DNA of 64,000 nucleotides from a virus. Lineage: Duplodnaviria > Heunggongvirae > Uroviricota > Caudoviricetes. The first letter of the stretch is position 1, and every line of letters begins with the position of its first letter. A program made the position numbers and the translations under genes. The notes under the pieces are model-generated. The model was given only the letters and a program-made list of their open reading frames with translations, was not told where the DNA came from and did not search any database. The stretch is taken from IMG/VR virus record IMGVR_UViG_3300021399_000097. One strand, 5' to 3'. This document shows, piece by piece, positions 53,104-64,000 of this stretch.

Positions 53104-53931
53104 ATGAGCAGCAAAATTGTAGGACAGGAAAGAGTTGTAAAAGAAATTAATAGAATTTTTGATATCTTTTGTGTAAGCGACGCATTAATTAGACCTCATT
53201 TTATCTTAACAGGAGAAAGCGGTAGCGGAAAGAGTTTCATCATTGAAACTTTAGCTAAGGAAAAAGATTTACAGTTTCTTTCAATTAATGCTGCTCAGCT
53301 TACTAAAGAGGGGACATCAGGTAACTCTTTAAGCAAGGCTTTAAGCCCAATTGGAGAACTTAAAGGATGTAAAGTAGTTGTTTTTGTAGATGAGTTTGAT
53401 AAACTCTTTCTTTCAGATAATTCTAACTCCTCTCTTGCTAATGAAGTTACTTTAGGAGTACAGAATGAATTCTTGAAAGTGCTGGAGTCTCCTACTACCG
53501 CAGTATATGGAAATTATGGACATTATGTAAATATTGATATTAGTAAAGCTTTATTTGTATTTGCTGGTGCTTTTAATAATGAAGAAGAAATGACTCTTGA
53601 TAAACTTAGGAGTTTTGGAGTTAAAACTGAGTTTTTAGGAAGAGTAGGATTAGTTTATAATACAGACCGCCTCGTTCTTCAGGATCTTTATACTATTCTG
53701 GAGGAGTCTGAATTATTGAAAACTTATCTAGAATTATTTGATAATATTGACAGAGAAGAAGTAGTAACTACAATTAAAAAATATTTAAAGAATAACTTTA
53801 AAAATAATACAATTGGAGCAAGAATTGTAAATACTCTGATTAATCAGTATTTTATTAAAGATGGAGAGTTAGGATTTGAAGATGTTAAAGAGATTACTTT
53901 CCAGGAGAAATTAACATTTAACAAGAAATAA
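53104..53931 (+). CDS. AAA+ ATPase (ClpX/HslU-like)
   Basis: VGQE, GESGSGKS, VFVDEFDK, VQNEFLK, EFLGR. Confidence 0.8.
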   Translation: MSSKIVGQERVVKEINRIFDIFCVSDALIRPHFILTGESGSGKSFIIETLAKEKDLQFLSINAAQLTKEGTSGNSLSKALSPIGELKGCKVVVFVDEFDKLFLSDNSNSSLANEVTLGVQNEFLKVLESPTTAVYGNYGHYVNIDISKALFVFAGAFNNEEEMTLDKLRSFGVKTEFLGRVGLVYNTDRLVLQDLYTILEESELLKTYLELFDNIDREEVVTTIKKYLKNNFKNNTIGARIVNTLINQYFIKDGELGFEDVKEITFQEKLTFNKK

Positions 53932-54548
53932 GGAGATCATAAGTATGAATTATGATGATAAAATTTATGTAAATTTAGTATAGTTAGTTTCAGAATTATA
54001 GAAAGATAGATTACTTAGATCTAATTTATATGATGTTTTTCAATCTAGTGCTTTTGCAAAAAAGCCAGACTGGGAATCTTATTTCAATGCTATGATTATG
54101 GGTGCTAGTTATATTAGCAATTGTGTAGCCAATACGAAAACTCAAAAATATGTTTTTTCAAAGGTAAAGTGATGTAATTATACATCACTTTACTTTTTAT
54201 AAAAAATATTATATAATTATTATAGAAAATAAAGAGAGGTGAATACTATGAAAGATAATATGGATCTTGTTAGAATTTATAATTGTACTTGGAATGGTGA
54301 TAAATTAATTCGTTTTTATGAAACAAATGATATTAAAAAGGAATTAGAATTTTTTACTTATTTAAAAGAAAAAGACGATAAAGAAACATTTGAACTTCAT
54401 TTTGTAGATAAGGATGGTAATACTTCAGAATATTGGCACGTCCTTTATATTTGTGTGACTTTCGATGCCGCAGGAAGTTATAATATGGGAAGAAAAATCC
54501 TTGAAATATATCTTGAAAATGAGGATGAAGATAAAGATGGAGATAAGG

Positions 54549-56480
54549 ATGTCTAATAAAATTCAAGATTTAATAAAAAAGTTAAATGATGCTACAGAAG
54601 CATACGATAAAGGAACTCCTTATATAACTGATGAAGAATGGGATCAGTTATATTTTACTTTAATTGAAAAAGAAAGAAAAACAGGAATTATTTATCCCGA
54701 TTCTCCAACTCAAAAAATTCATTATAAAACTGTTTTAGAATTAAAAAAAGTAACACATAATCATCCCATGCTGTCCCTTGATAAAACAAAAGATATTAAA
54801 ACTATAGAATCCTTCTTAAAAGACCATGGCTGGATAGCTATGGCTAAAATGGATGGTCTTACTTGCTCTTTACGATATATAGATGGCAAATTAGTATCTG
54901 CGGAGACTAGAGGTAATGGCATTGTAGGAGAAGATATTACTCATAATGCAATGGTAATTCCATCTATTCCAAATCGTATTAATTTTAAAAACGATTTAAT
55001 CATTGATGGAGAAATTATTTGTACATATAATAATTTTAAACCTTTTGAAAATGATTATAAAAATCCTCGTAATTTTGCAGCAGGCAGTATTAGATTGCTC
55101 GATGCAAAAGAGTGTTCCAAACGCAATCTTACTTTTGTTGCGTGGGATATTATTAATGGGGATAAATATTTAACTTTAACAGATAAACTTCAATTTTTAA
55201 CATTATTTAATTTTACAACAGTACCTTATATAAACAGTTCTGAACATACCGCTAAAGAAGCTATTATACTGATTCAGAATAGCTGTAAAGGTTTATATCC
55301 TATTGATGGAATAGTATTTAAATATGATTCAATAAAAGAATATAATGATGCAGGTCGTACCGATCATCATTTTAAAGGTGGATTAGCGTATAAATTTTAC
55401 GATGAATTGTATGATACAAAGCTTCGTAATATTGAATGGACAATGGGTAGAACAGGTGTTTTAACACCAGTTGCTATTTATGATGACGTAAACATTGAAG
55501 GAACAATTTGCAATAGAGCTAATCTTCATAATTTAAGTGTTATGAATGCTTTATTTCATAATAGTACTCCATATGTAGGACAAAATATAAAAGTATTTAA
55601 AAGTAATTTAATAATTCCACAAATATATTCTACAGAAGAATATGAGATTGAAGATGAGGTGGAATATCAATTTTTATTACCGCCTATCAGATGTCCATAT
55701 TGTGGGGAACTAACAAAAGTAAGACAAGATAATGAATCAAAAATTTTATATTGCAATAACCCAAACTGCGAAGGAAAATTAATTAATCGTTTAGATCATT
55801 TCCTCGGAAAAAAAGGTTTAGATATTAAAGGTATCTCTAAGGCTACCTTAGAAAAACTTATTGATTGGGAATGGGTAAATTCTTTAGCAGACGTTTTCAA
55901 ACTTAAAGAAAAAAGAGCTGAATGGATCAAAAAAGAAGGTTTTGGTGTTGCTTCCGTTGATAAAGTTTTAAATGCAATAGAAGAAGGAAGATCTTGTAAT
56001 TTTTCTAAATATCTTTGTGCTTTAGGTATCCCACTAATAGGTAAAGTTGCATCTAATTCGTTAGAAAAAGAATTTATATCATATGATTTATTCAGAAAAG
56101 CCGTGAAACAAAAGGATGAAAGATTATACAACATTGCGGGCATCGGTGAAGTTATGATCCAGAATCTTTTAAATTTTGACTACACTGAAGCAGATTTTAT
56201 TTATAATAATTTCATTAAAGAAATAACTCCTGTTGTATCTTCCGCTAATACAGATTTAAATGGAAAAATATTTTGTATCACGGGTAAATTAAAAGAGTTT
56301 AAAAATAGAGACGAATTAAAAAAAGTTATAGAGTCACGCGGCGGGAAAGTTACGGGATCTGTTTCCTCTAAAACGAATTACTTAATTAATAATGATATAA
56401 ATTCTACTTCCAGCAAAAACGAAACTGCTAAAAAACTTGGTATCCCAATTATCACAGAAGAAGATTTTAAAAATCTTTGA
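54549..56480 (+). CDS. ligA: NAD-dependent DNA ligase
   Basis: HPMLSL, KMDG, zinc finger, HhH, BRCT. Confidence 0.93.
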   Translation: MSNKIQDLIKKLNDATEAYDKGTPYITDEEWDQLYFTLIEKERKTGIIYPDSPTQKIHYKTVLELKKVTHNHPMLSLDKTKDIKTIESFLKDHGWIAMAKMDGLTCSLRYIDGKLVSAETRGNGIVGEDITHNAMVIPSIPNRINFKNDLIIDGEIICTYNNFKPFENDYKNPRNFAAGSIRLLDAKECSKRNLTFVAWDIINGDKYLTLTDKLQFLTLFNFTTVPYINSSEHTAKEAIILIQNSCKGLYPIDGIVFKYDSIKEYNDAGRTDHHFKGGLAYKFYDELYDTKLRNIEWTMGRTGVLTPVAIYDDVNIEGTICNRANLHNLSVMNALFHNSTPYVGQNIKVFKSNLIIPQIYSTEEYEIEDEVEYQFLLPPIRCPYCGELTKVRQDNESKILYCNNPNCEGKLINRLDHFLGKKGLDIKGISKATLEKLIDWEWVNSLADVFKLKEKRAEWIKKEGFGVASVDKVLNAIEEGRSCNFSKYLCALGIPLIGKVASNSLEKEFISYDLFRKAVKQKDERLYNIAGIGEVMIQNLLNFDYTEADFIYNNFIKEITPVVSSANTDLNGKIFCITGKLKEFKNRDELKKVIESRGGKVTGSVSSKTNYLINNDINSTSSKNETAKKLGIPIITEEDFKNL

Positions 56481-56737
56481 CTTTTTAAAAATTTTATATT
56501 ATAATTATTATATGAAAAATGAAGAAAAAAGAAACCTTTGGTCAAAACTGGCTAATCGTCATACTTGCAGACTTATTTCCTTTGAGAAAAATAGAAAAGG
56601 AAAAAAGGTTTCAGTTATACCGTTACCGTTTAATATTATATATATAATATAAATAAAGTTGAAATCATAAAAAATTTATTATATAATAATATTGAAAATG
56701 AAAAACAAATTATATAAAAATAGGAGAAATTATAATT

Positions 56738-57046
56738 ATGAAGGAAAATAGTGTAAAGGTTTTCAAGTACGTTAAGGAACATGAGAATGAGAACATTACT
56801 GCTAAGGATATTGCTAAGGCACTTGGGTTTGAGGATGTAAGAAGCGTAAATGGTATTGTTACAGCTTCTTTCCAGAGACATAGAGAAGAGATCGATGGAG
56901 AAAAGGTTATTGTTCCTCTGATGGAAAGAGTCGAGGGAGAAGTTGAGACTGAGACTGAGGACGGCAAGGTTAAGCACGAGACAGTCAAGTTTGTAAAGCT
57001 AACTCCTGAGGGTAGAAAGTTTGATATTGACGCTGTGGCAGAGTAA
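56738..57046 (+). CDS. Putative winged-helix DNA-binding protein
   Basis: ITAKDIAKALG...LTPEG; own promoter and terminator. Confidence 0.6.
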   Translation: MKENSVKVFKYVKEHENENITAKDIAKALGFEDVRSVNGIVTASFQRHREEIDGEKVIVPLMERVEGEVETETEDGKVKHETVKFVKLTPEGRKFDIDAVAE

Positions 57047-57114
57047 TTTCTGAGTAACACAAATAAAACGGGTTAAAATTTAAATTTTAACCCGTTTTTT
57101 TAAAAGGACAATAA

Positions 57115-58023
57115 ATGTTTTTCATAATTGGAATATTAATTTTAATTATTCTTTGTTTATCATTTTTATTATATGATTTTTATAAAAAGAAAGATAACTA
57201 GTTTTTAAATAAATTATATGATAAACATAAAGAAGTAATTAAAGATATTAACTTATTATACGATAATTTAAAATATTTATAGGCACGGAAAAAAGAGTTA
57301 GAAACTTCCATTGATACACAGTTAAGTGAGCAAGTTGAATAGTATAAAAAGCAAAAATTCTTTTAGGCTGATCAAGAGTATGATAATTATACTTTTAAAT
57401 TAAATCAAAATTATGAAAGCCGAAAGGCAGATATTGAAAATAAAATCTTTTTATTACAATAGGATAAAAATAAAATATAGTCTTAGTTAAATTAGATTAA
57501 GTAGACTTACAATGCGGCGGTCGCAGATAAAATGAGATAGATAGAAAAAGAAAACAAATGGATTTTTTATCGGATTCAAATCTCAGATGAAGCTACCGCA
57601 GATATTGAAAAATTACAAGAATGGAAATTGAAACTACATGATCCTTCTATTGTCTCAAAAGTTATATGGTCTACTTATATTTTAAAGCCTACTAATGATC
57701 TATGTAAAAGAGTTTTAGGCACTTCTGAAAACGTATGTGGCATATATAAAATTACTAATCACGTTACTAATGAAGTTTATATTGGACAAAGCGTCAACGT
57801 GGCAGACCGTTGGAAAAATCATATAAAATGTGGATTAGGAATAGACGCCTCCGCTACGAATAAATTATACAATAATATGCAACATACAGGAGTATGGAAC
57901 TTTACATTTGAATTATTAGAAACTTGCTCACGAGACCAATTAAATGAAAAAGAGCGGTTTTGGATAGATATGTATAAATCTAATACTATTTTAGGATTAA
58001 ATGGAACAAAAGGAAATAAGTAA
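57115..58023 (+). CDS. Membrane-anchored coiled-coil protein with a C-terminal GIY-YIG nuclease
   Basis: N-terminal TM; many TAG; CGIYKITN...VYIGQS...R..H...E. Confidence 0.7.
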
Positions 58024-58841
58024 TGAAATTTGAAAATACTTATGTAAGTAATTTTTAGGGAGCTTTTAGAGGCTTGCGGAACCCGCTTGAAAGCTGGAAT
58101 AAGTCAGATAGCATGTTTGGAATAGATGATACTTATAGTACAACAGATTTTTATGTGGCTTCACGCTATTGTAAATATAATAATATTCCTTTAGATGATG
58201 GCGAGAAATATGACGAAGAGTAGTCTAAATATGCTACTTGGTTAAGAGATAATGGCATATTAAGATGGAGTAATGAAGATTTATTTGAATACGCATATAT
58301 AGGGCCTGTTGATATGGATTTAGCACATCGTATGATTCAAGCAGGAACTAGTGATAGCAAGTTTTTACGGCAGATAAATGTAACAGTAGATATTACTGCG
58401 CCGTTATATTGGTGGAAATAGGCCGATACGTACAAAATCGGTACCACAGCCAATTCAACATCAACAATGCATAAAATTTCTAGTACTCCAATTACTATGG
58501 AGCGTTTTGAAACGGATGATTATAATACTGAGTTAAAAGTTTTTGATAATGAACCTTATAATATAAATACTTCAATAGAAGATTGTTGGGATGATATAAT
58601 TAATATTTGCGAAACATTGCGACAAAGATATTTAGAAACTAAAGACCAACGATATTGGAAAGAATTAATTCGTATCCTTCCAGAGGGATGGCTTCAAACT
58701 AGAACCTGGACAGCAAATTATGCTGTACTTAGAAACATTTATTCACAAAGAAGAAATCATCGATTAACAGAATGGAAACAGTTTTGTGATTGGGTTAAAA
58801 CTCTCCCTTATGCAAATGACTTAATTCTTTATAACCTTTGA
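58023..58841 (+). CDS. ThyX-like (flavin-dependent thymidylate synthase fold) protein
   Basis: RGLRNP, KFLRQ, APLYWWK(TAG)ADTY, STMHK, QRRNHRL.EW. Confidence 0.65.
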
Positions 58842-58901
58842 TTTTTATAAAAAAATATAATATAATAGATATAATGAAAGAAAAAAATAGGAGAAAATAA
58901 T

Positions 58902-59861
58902 ATGCGTAGAAATATTAATACTGAAACAATTGAGGGTAGAGTTTTTGAATGTGATGTAGCACTTAAAACGGTAACGAATCAGGCTTCTCCAAATTTTGGT
59001 ACACCTTATCTAAATGGAACAGTGAGTGTAGCAACAGATGAAGCAGGTCTAAATGTTCTAACAGTTAATTATACATATGTAACAGAAATGACTTCAAAGC
59101 AGAAGCCAAATGCAACTTTTGCCAACCTTAAAAGAATTATGGAAGGAAAGACTTGGGCAAAGGATGGTAAGGATGCCGCTATGAAGGTCAGACTTAATCC
59201 TTCCGCAGCGCTTAATGATTTTTATCCGCAGGGCGGAGATCAGCTTGTTTCTCAGCAGAGAAATGAGGGTGGATTTGTTTCTATTGTAAATGATCTTGCT
59301 CCAGAGGGAATGTCAAGACAGAAATTTACATTTGATACAATTATTAATGGTGTTCGTATTGTAGAGCCGACTGATCCTACAGCAGAGGAGTATGCTCGGA
59401 TTGATTGTGCAATTTTTAATTTTAAGAACGATCTTCTTCCTTTTACTCTTGTAGCAAGAGATAAGAGTGCAATTGATTATTTTGTATCTCTTGATCCGTC
59501 TCCTTCTAATCCTGTTTATACTCAGGTTTGGGGAGAAATTGTTTGCACAACAGTAAAGATAGAGAAGGAAGTTCAGAGTGCATTTGGCGGTCCTGCGGTC
59601 GATGTAACGGAAAGAACTCAGCGTGAATGGGTAATTAAGGGAGCTAAGCCCGAACCTTATGTATTTGATAGTGAAGATACTATTACAGTAAAGGAACTTG
59701 AAAAGGCTATTGCAGATAGAAATGTTCATCTTGAAACAGTAAAGACAAGAGCCAAGGAGTATTATGCAAACAAGGCGGCAGCGCCTTCCGCTATTCCTGC
59801 GGCGGCACCCGCAACTCCTACGGTAAATACTCAGATTCCTGCAGGCGGTTTTAATTTCTAA
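58902..59861 (+). CDS. Putative single-stranded DNA-binding protein
   Basis: Position in the replication operon; low-complexity tail ending GGFNF. Confidence 0.55.
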   Translation: MRRNINTETIEGRVFECDVALKTVTNQASPNFGTPYLNGTVSVATDEAGLNVLTVNYTYVTEMTSKQKPNATFANLKRIMEGKTWAKDGKDAAMKVRLNPSAALNDFYPQGGDQLVSQQRNEGGFVSIVNDLAPEGMSRQKFTFDTIINGVRIVEPTDPTAEEYARIDCAIFNFKNDLLPFTLVARDKSAIDYFVSLDPSPSNPVYTQVWGEIVCTTVKIEKEVQSAFGGPAVDVTERTQREWVIKGAKPEPYVFDSEDTITVKELEKAIADRNVHLETVKTRAKEYYANKAAAPSAIPAAAPATPTVNTQIPAGGFNF

Positions 59862-59911
59862 TAAAAAGGGGAGATTACTCCCCTCTTTATTCATAAAAAG
59901 AGGTATATGTT

Positions 59912-60901
59912 ATGGCAATGATTAATCTTTTAGATATAAAACCGCATCAAGTTAGCCGAGATATGCGGGGGTATATTGTATTTTTCTATGGTTAGCCAAA
60001 AAGCGGAAAAACAACGACCGCAACTAAGTTTCCTAACCACCTTTTGATTGCTTTTGAAAAAGGTTATAATGCTATTCCAGGTGCAATGGCGCAGCCTATT
60101 AATTCTTGGAGTGAATTTAAAATGCTTCTTCGCCAGCTAAAAGACGAAAAAGTTAAAGAACGGTTCGAGACAATTATTATTGATACTACAGATATTGCTT
60201 ACTCTTATTGTGAAAAGTATATTTGTTCTAATAATGGTGTTGATACTATTGCCGATATCCCTTACGGAAAGGGCTATACGTTAGTCGCCGCAGAATTTGA
60301 TGATTGCCTCCGCCAGATTGTTCAGATGAATTATGGTCTTATTATGATCTCTCATGCTACAGATAAGACTTTTACAGATGAACAGGGACAGCAGTATAAT
60401 AGAATTGTTCCAACTCTTGACAAGAGAGCGAATAATATTGTTGCAAGAATGGCAGATATCATTGGATATTCTCGCCCTATCACAAATGAAGATGGGTCAA
60501 CTACTACTAAATTATTTATTCGTGGAACCAATAGATTTGAAGCAGGCTCTCGTTTTAAGTATACTCCTGATTTTATTGATTTCACTTATAAAGATTTAGT
60601 AAATGCCATCGGAGAAGCTATTGATAAGCAGAGTGCAGAGGACGGAGAGCAGTTCTTTACCCATGATAGAGAAAATAACTATCATGATACTACTCAAGAA
60701 TTAAATTTTGATACTCTATTAGAAGATTTTGGAAAACTTATAAAATCAATTCCTGAAGATAAGATGGAATATTATGCGCCAAGAATTGCAGAAATTACTG
60801 ATAGATATCTTGGGAAGGGAAAGAAAGTAGCTAATATTACTCGTGATCAAGTTGAGCAGTTATCTTTAATTGTATTCGATTTGAAAGAATTATTAAAATA
60901 A
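59912..60901 (+). CDS. Sak4/AAA_24-like P-loop ATPase
   Basis: Walker A YG(TAG)PKSGKTT; IIIDT, ISH, AGSR. Confidence 0.8.
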
Positions 60902-60983
60902 AACTTAGGGGAGAGCAATCTCCCCTTGTTTTTTTTATAAAAATATGTTATAATATAATTATATTAAAAGGAAGTGAAAAATT

Positions 60984-61472
60984 ATGAAACCTCATATCGT
61001 TAAATGTTATTATTGCGGGAAAAGTTTCGATACCGAAAAAGTTCCTTATATTAAAGTAAATAGTCGAAGATATGCCCATAAAAATTGTACTCAAGACGAT
61101 ATGGAACCTGAGGAACGTGATATAGAAATATTTTATAACATGATTAAATCTATTTATGGGCCTAAATATAATTATCAATTAATTAATCAACAAGCTACTA
61201 ATTATATTGAACAATATGGATATACTTGGAGTGGAATGACGGCATGTTTATATTGGTTCTATAAAATTAATAATGGAAGTATTGAAGAAGGAAATGGCGG
61301 AATCGGTATTGTTCCATACGTTTATGAACAAGTTAAACAATACTATCAAGATATATATGCCACAAGAGAAAAGAATAAGACAAAGACTCCGCGGGGGCAG
61401 GTAATAAAATTTGATATCCAGTCTCCGAGAGTATGGCACCAGCCGCCGCATTTATTAGATATAGGAGAATAA
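60984..61472 (+). CDS. Zinc-finger hypothetical protein upstream of the helicase
   Basis: CYYC..HKNC; GIGIVPYVY. Confidence 0.6.
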   Translation: MKPHIVKCYYCGKSFDTEKVPYIKVNSRRYAHKNCTQDDMEPEERDIEIFYNMIKSIYGPKYNYQLINQQATNYIEQYGYTWSGMTACLYWFYKINNGSIEEGNGGIGIVPYVYEQVKQYYQDIYATREKNKTKTPRGQVIKFDIQSPRVWHQPPHLLDIGE

Positions 61473-61680
61473 TATGAAAATTATAAAACATGGAAAGATG
61501 CATGAAGTTAATTATTACTTTATTTGTACCTCTTGTGGTTGTGAATTTGAAATGAGTAATGTAGAATTAATGGAAGAGCAGCAAAGTATTGTTTTTGTGG
61601 CGGGTCATAATTGCCCTGAATGTGGATATTATGTAAGAGGAAGAGAAATATTAACACATACAGAAGGGGAAAATTAAAAA

Positions 61681-62892
61681 ATGACTAATAATAAAGTACG
61701 TTATATCGATGTGCCAGCTTTAGTTCAAGTTATTGGATGTGTTTATCAAAATCCTTCCTTGCTAGATCAAGAACAATATTCTTTTACTTTGGAAGATTTT
61801 GTTGAAGAGTTTCATAAAATAATTTTTGGTAGTATATATAATTTACATCAATTAGGTGCCAATAAAATTACTATTGCTAATATTGAAGATTATTTGGAGC
61901 AACGCCCAAAAAAATTAGCAGTATATAAAGCAAATAAAGGTGCAGAATATCTTGAAAAAGTAGGAGAGAATTCTCAATTAGCTGCTTTTAATTATTATTA
62001 TCATAAAATGAAAAAGATGACCATTCTAAGAATGTATAATGAAAAAGTAGGAATGGATTTATCTTGGTTATATGATTTAAATAATATATTTGATCAAAAG
62101 AAGAAGCAAGCACAAGAAGATTGGTTAGATAATCATACAGAAGAAGATATTGCTAACTTAATTAACGATAAGATAGAAGATATTAAATTAACATACGTAG
62201 ATGCGGTTTCCGGTGATGATATTATTCAAGCTGGGGAAGGTGCTGATGAACTTTGGGAAGAATTACAAACGACTCCAGATATAGGATATCCGCTATATGG
62301 AAATTTAATCAATACCGTAACTCGCGGTGCTCGTCTTGGAAAATTTTATCTTAGATCTGCTGCTACTAACGTAGGAAAAAGTAGAGCAATGGTTGCCGAT
62401 TGTTGCAATATTGCATGTGATGAAATTTATGATACCGTTACAAATAAATGGATTCCAAATGGAACTAAAGAACCTGCCATTTATGTAATGACAGAACAGA
62501 TATTTAGTGAAGTACAGACTATGATGTGGGCATTTTTATCAGGTGTGCCCGAAGATCATATTTTAACAAATAAATATGATGCAGGAGAAATTGATAGAGT
62601 AATTTATGCTCAGGAAGTAATCAAACGATGCCCGCTATATTTAAAACAGCTGCATGACTTTTCCTTAAAAGACATCGAAAACATGATCAAATTAGCTGTA
62701 AGAAAATTTAATATTCGATATGTCTTTTTGGATTATATTCACAGTAGTATGAAAATTCTTTCAGAGGTATCTTCTCGTGCTTCAGTTAAAGGATTAAGAG
62801 AAGATAATGTTCTCTTTATGATCAGTGTAAGACTTAAAGATCTCGCAACTGAATATGGTATCTTCATTATGTCGTCAACTCAGTTAAATGGT
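61681..62892 (+). CDS. Replicative DnaB-like helicase, 5' exon
   Basis: AATNVGKS, FLDYI, SSTQLNG, then interrupted. Confidence 0.8.
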
Positions 62893-64000
62893 AAGAAAAA
62901 GTAATTGCCAATCATACCTTATCCCGTTACTCAGCGGGGGTATTTAATCTTAAAAAAATTTTTATTTTTAAAAACAAAATAGATTAAATGCTAACGAGGA
63001 ATTCTAAAAAATAAATAGAGATTATATAAAAAGAGAATCTCTATTTATATAATATGAAAATCTCGTGTGATGCAATCCATATTGGCTTTCTCATATTATA
63101 TAAATAGAATATATAATAAGGAGAAAGTAAAAATGATAGGAATTTATTTAATAACAAACAATATTAATGGTAAAATTTATATTGGTCAGTCAATTGATAT
63201 AAAAAGACGATATGCTTAGCATCTAAGATCTGGCCAACCTGATAAATATGCTAATAAAAGTGAAAGAGATTCAAATACACCAATCCATTTAGCCATGCAA
63301 AAATATGGAATAGAAAATTTTACTCTTTCTATTTTAGAATAGTGTTCTAAAGATTAGCTAAATGAAAAAGAAAAATATTGGATAAAAAAATACAATAGCT
63401 GTAATAAACAAATAGGATATAATATTTCAGAAGGCGGCCAAGATAAAATAGGAGCAAAGGGCGAATTTCATAGCCAAGCAAAATTAACTCAAAAAGAAGT
63501 TGATGATATTAAATATAAATTAAAAAATACTACTCTAAGTCTTACTGAAATTAATAAAGAATACCCTCAAGTAACTAAAGGAATATTATCTATGATTAAT
63601 CAAGGACACATATGGGTTGATGAAAATGAAAAATATCCTTTAAGAGTTATGAATAGCGGATCTAAAGGAAGCAAAAATCCTAGAAGTAAAATTTCAGAAA
63701 AAATTGCTATGGAAATTAGAATCCGTTATAGTGAAGGCGAATCTCCTACTAAATTAGCCAAAGAGTACAGTGAAAAATATCCAATTTCTGAGTCTGGTGT
63801 AAAAGCTATTATTTATGGAAGAAGTTATAAATTTTTACCAATTTGGAATAAAAACTAGAGAATATGGATTGAGCCATGTATCGACTAGAGCTAAAGTCTG
63901 AAATAAGCCAGCTCGTAGGGGTGCTATTATGAGAAGCACTTGTATTTTAGGAAACGAAGTACATGAAAACCGAAACAGGTATGCTAATTATACTGTTATT
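62893..64000 (+). mobile_element. Group I intron (truncated by the window end)
   Basis: P1 TGGT|AA..TTGCCA with U-G; P3 ATACCT/AGGTAT; P/Q/R-like TGCTAACGAGG, ATCTCGTG, GTATCGACTA. Confidence 0.75.
63133..63894 (+). CDS. Intron-encoded GIY-YIG homing endonuclease
   Basis: MIGIYLITN..GKIYIGQS; C-terminal HTH-like repeats; several TAG. Confidence 0.85.

Overview
AT-rich segment of a large tailed phage, probably infecting a Firmicutes/Clostridiales host (sigmaA-type TTGA-17-TG-TATAAT promoters, AAGGAG RBS, clostridial-like gyrase). It uses a recoded genetic code with TAG read as Gln (code 15), so many fragments in the ORF track are parts of single genes. Layout: (1) 1-16.1 kb, a GT8-GT2-TPR glycosyltransferase, then virion/tail-fibre genes, a 1856-aa SHAEG-repeat adhesin, a holin and a lysozyme-like protein. 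(2) 16.3-45.8 kb, a leftward block with a DUF2828/TROVE-vWA (Ro60-like) gene, an endonuclease-methyltransferase pair, about 19 tRNA genes including CUA amber suppressors, a rhamnose cassette and many structured non-coding RNAs. (3) 46-47.5 kb, an RHH/wHTH initiator module with iteron-like repeats at the strand switch. (4) 47.7-64 kb, replication genes: gyrB, gyrA, ligA, ThyX-like, SSB-like, Sak4-like and a DnaB-like helicase with a group I intron. The most striking signal is a family of 9 small RNAs that share a covarying terminal stem plus a CAGCAA motif and mostly carry tRNA-mimic payloads (permuted tRNAs, isolated anticodon arms). They lie in the same leftward block as the Ro60-like gene and may be a new Y-RNA-like RNP system. 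There are also two unusual interrupted tRNAs: an amber suppressor split by a nested CCA-ended RNA, and a tRNA-Asp split by a nuclease ORF whose flanks base-pair. All folds and family calls were made by eye, without database searches.
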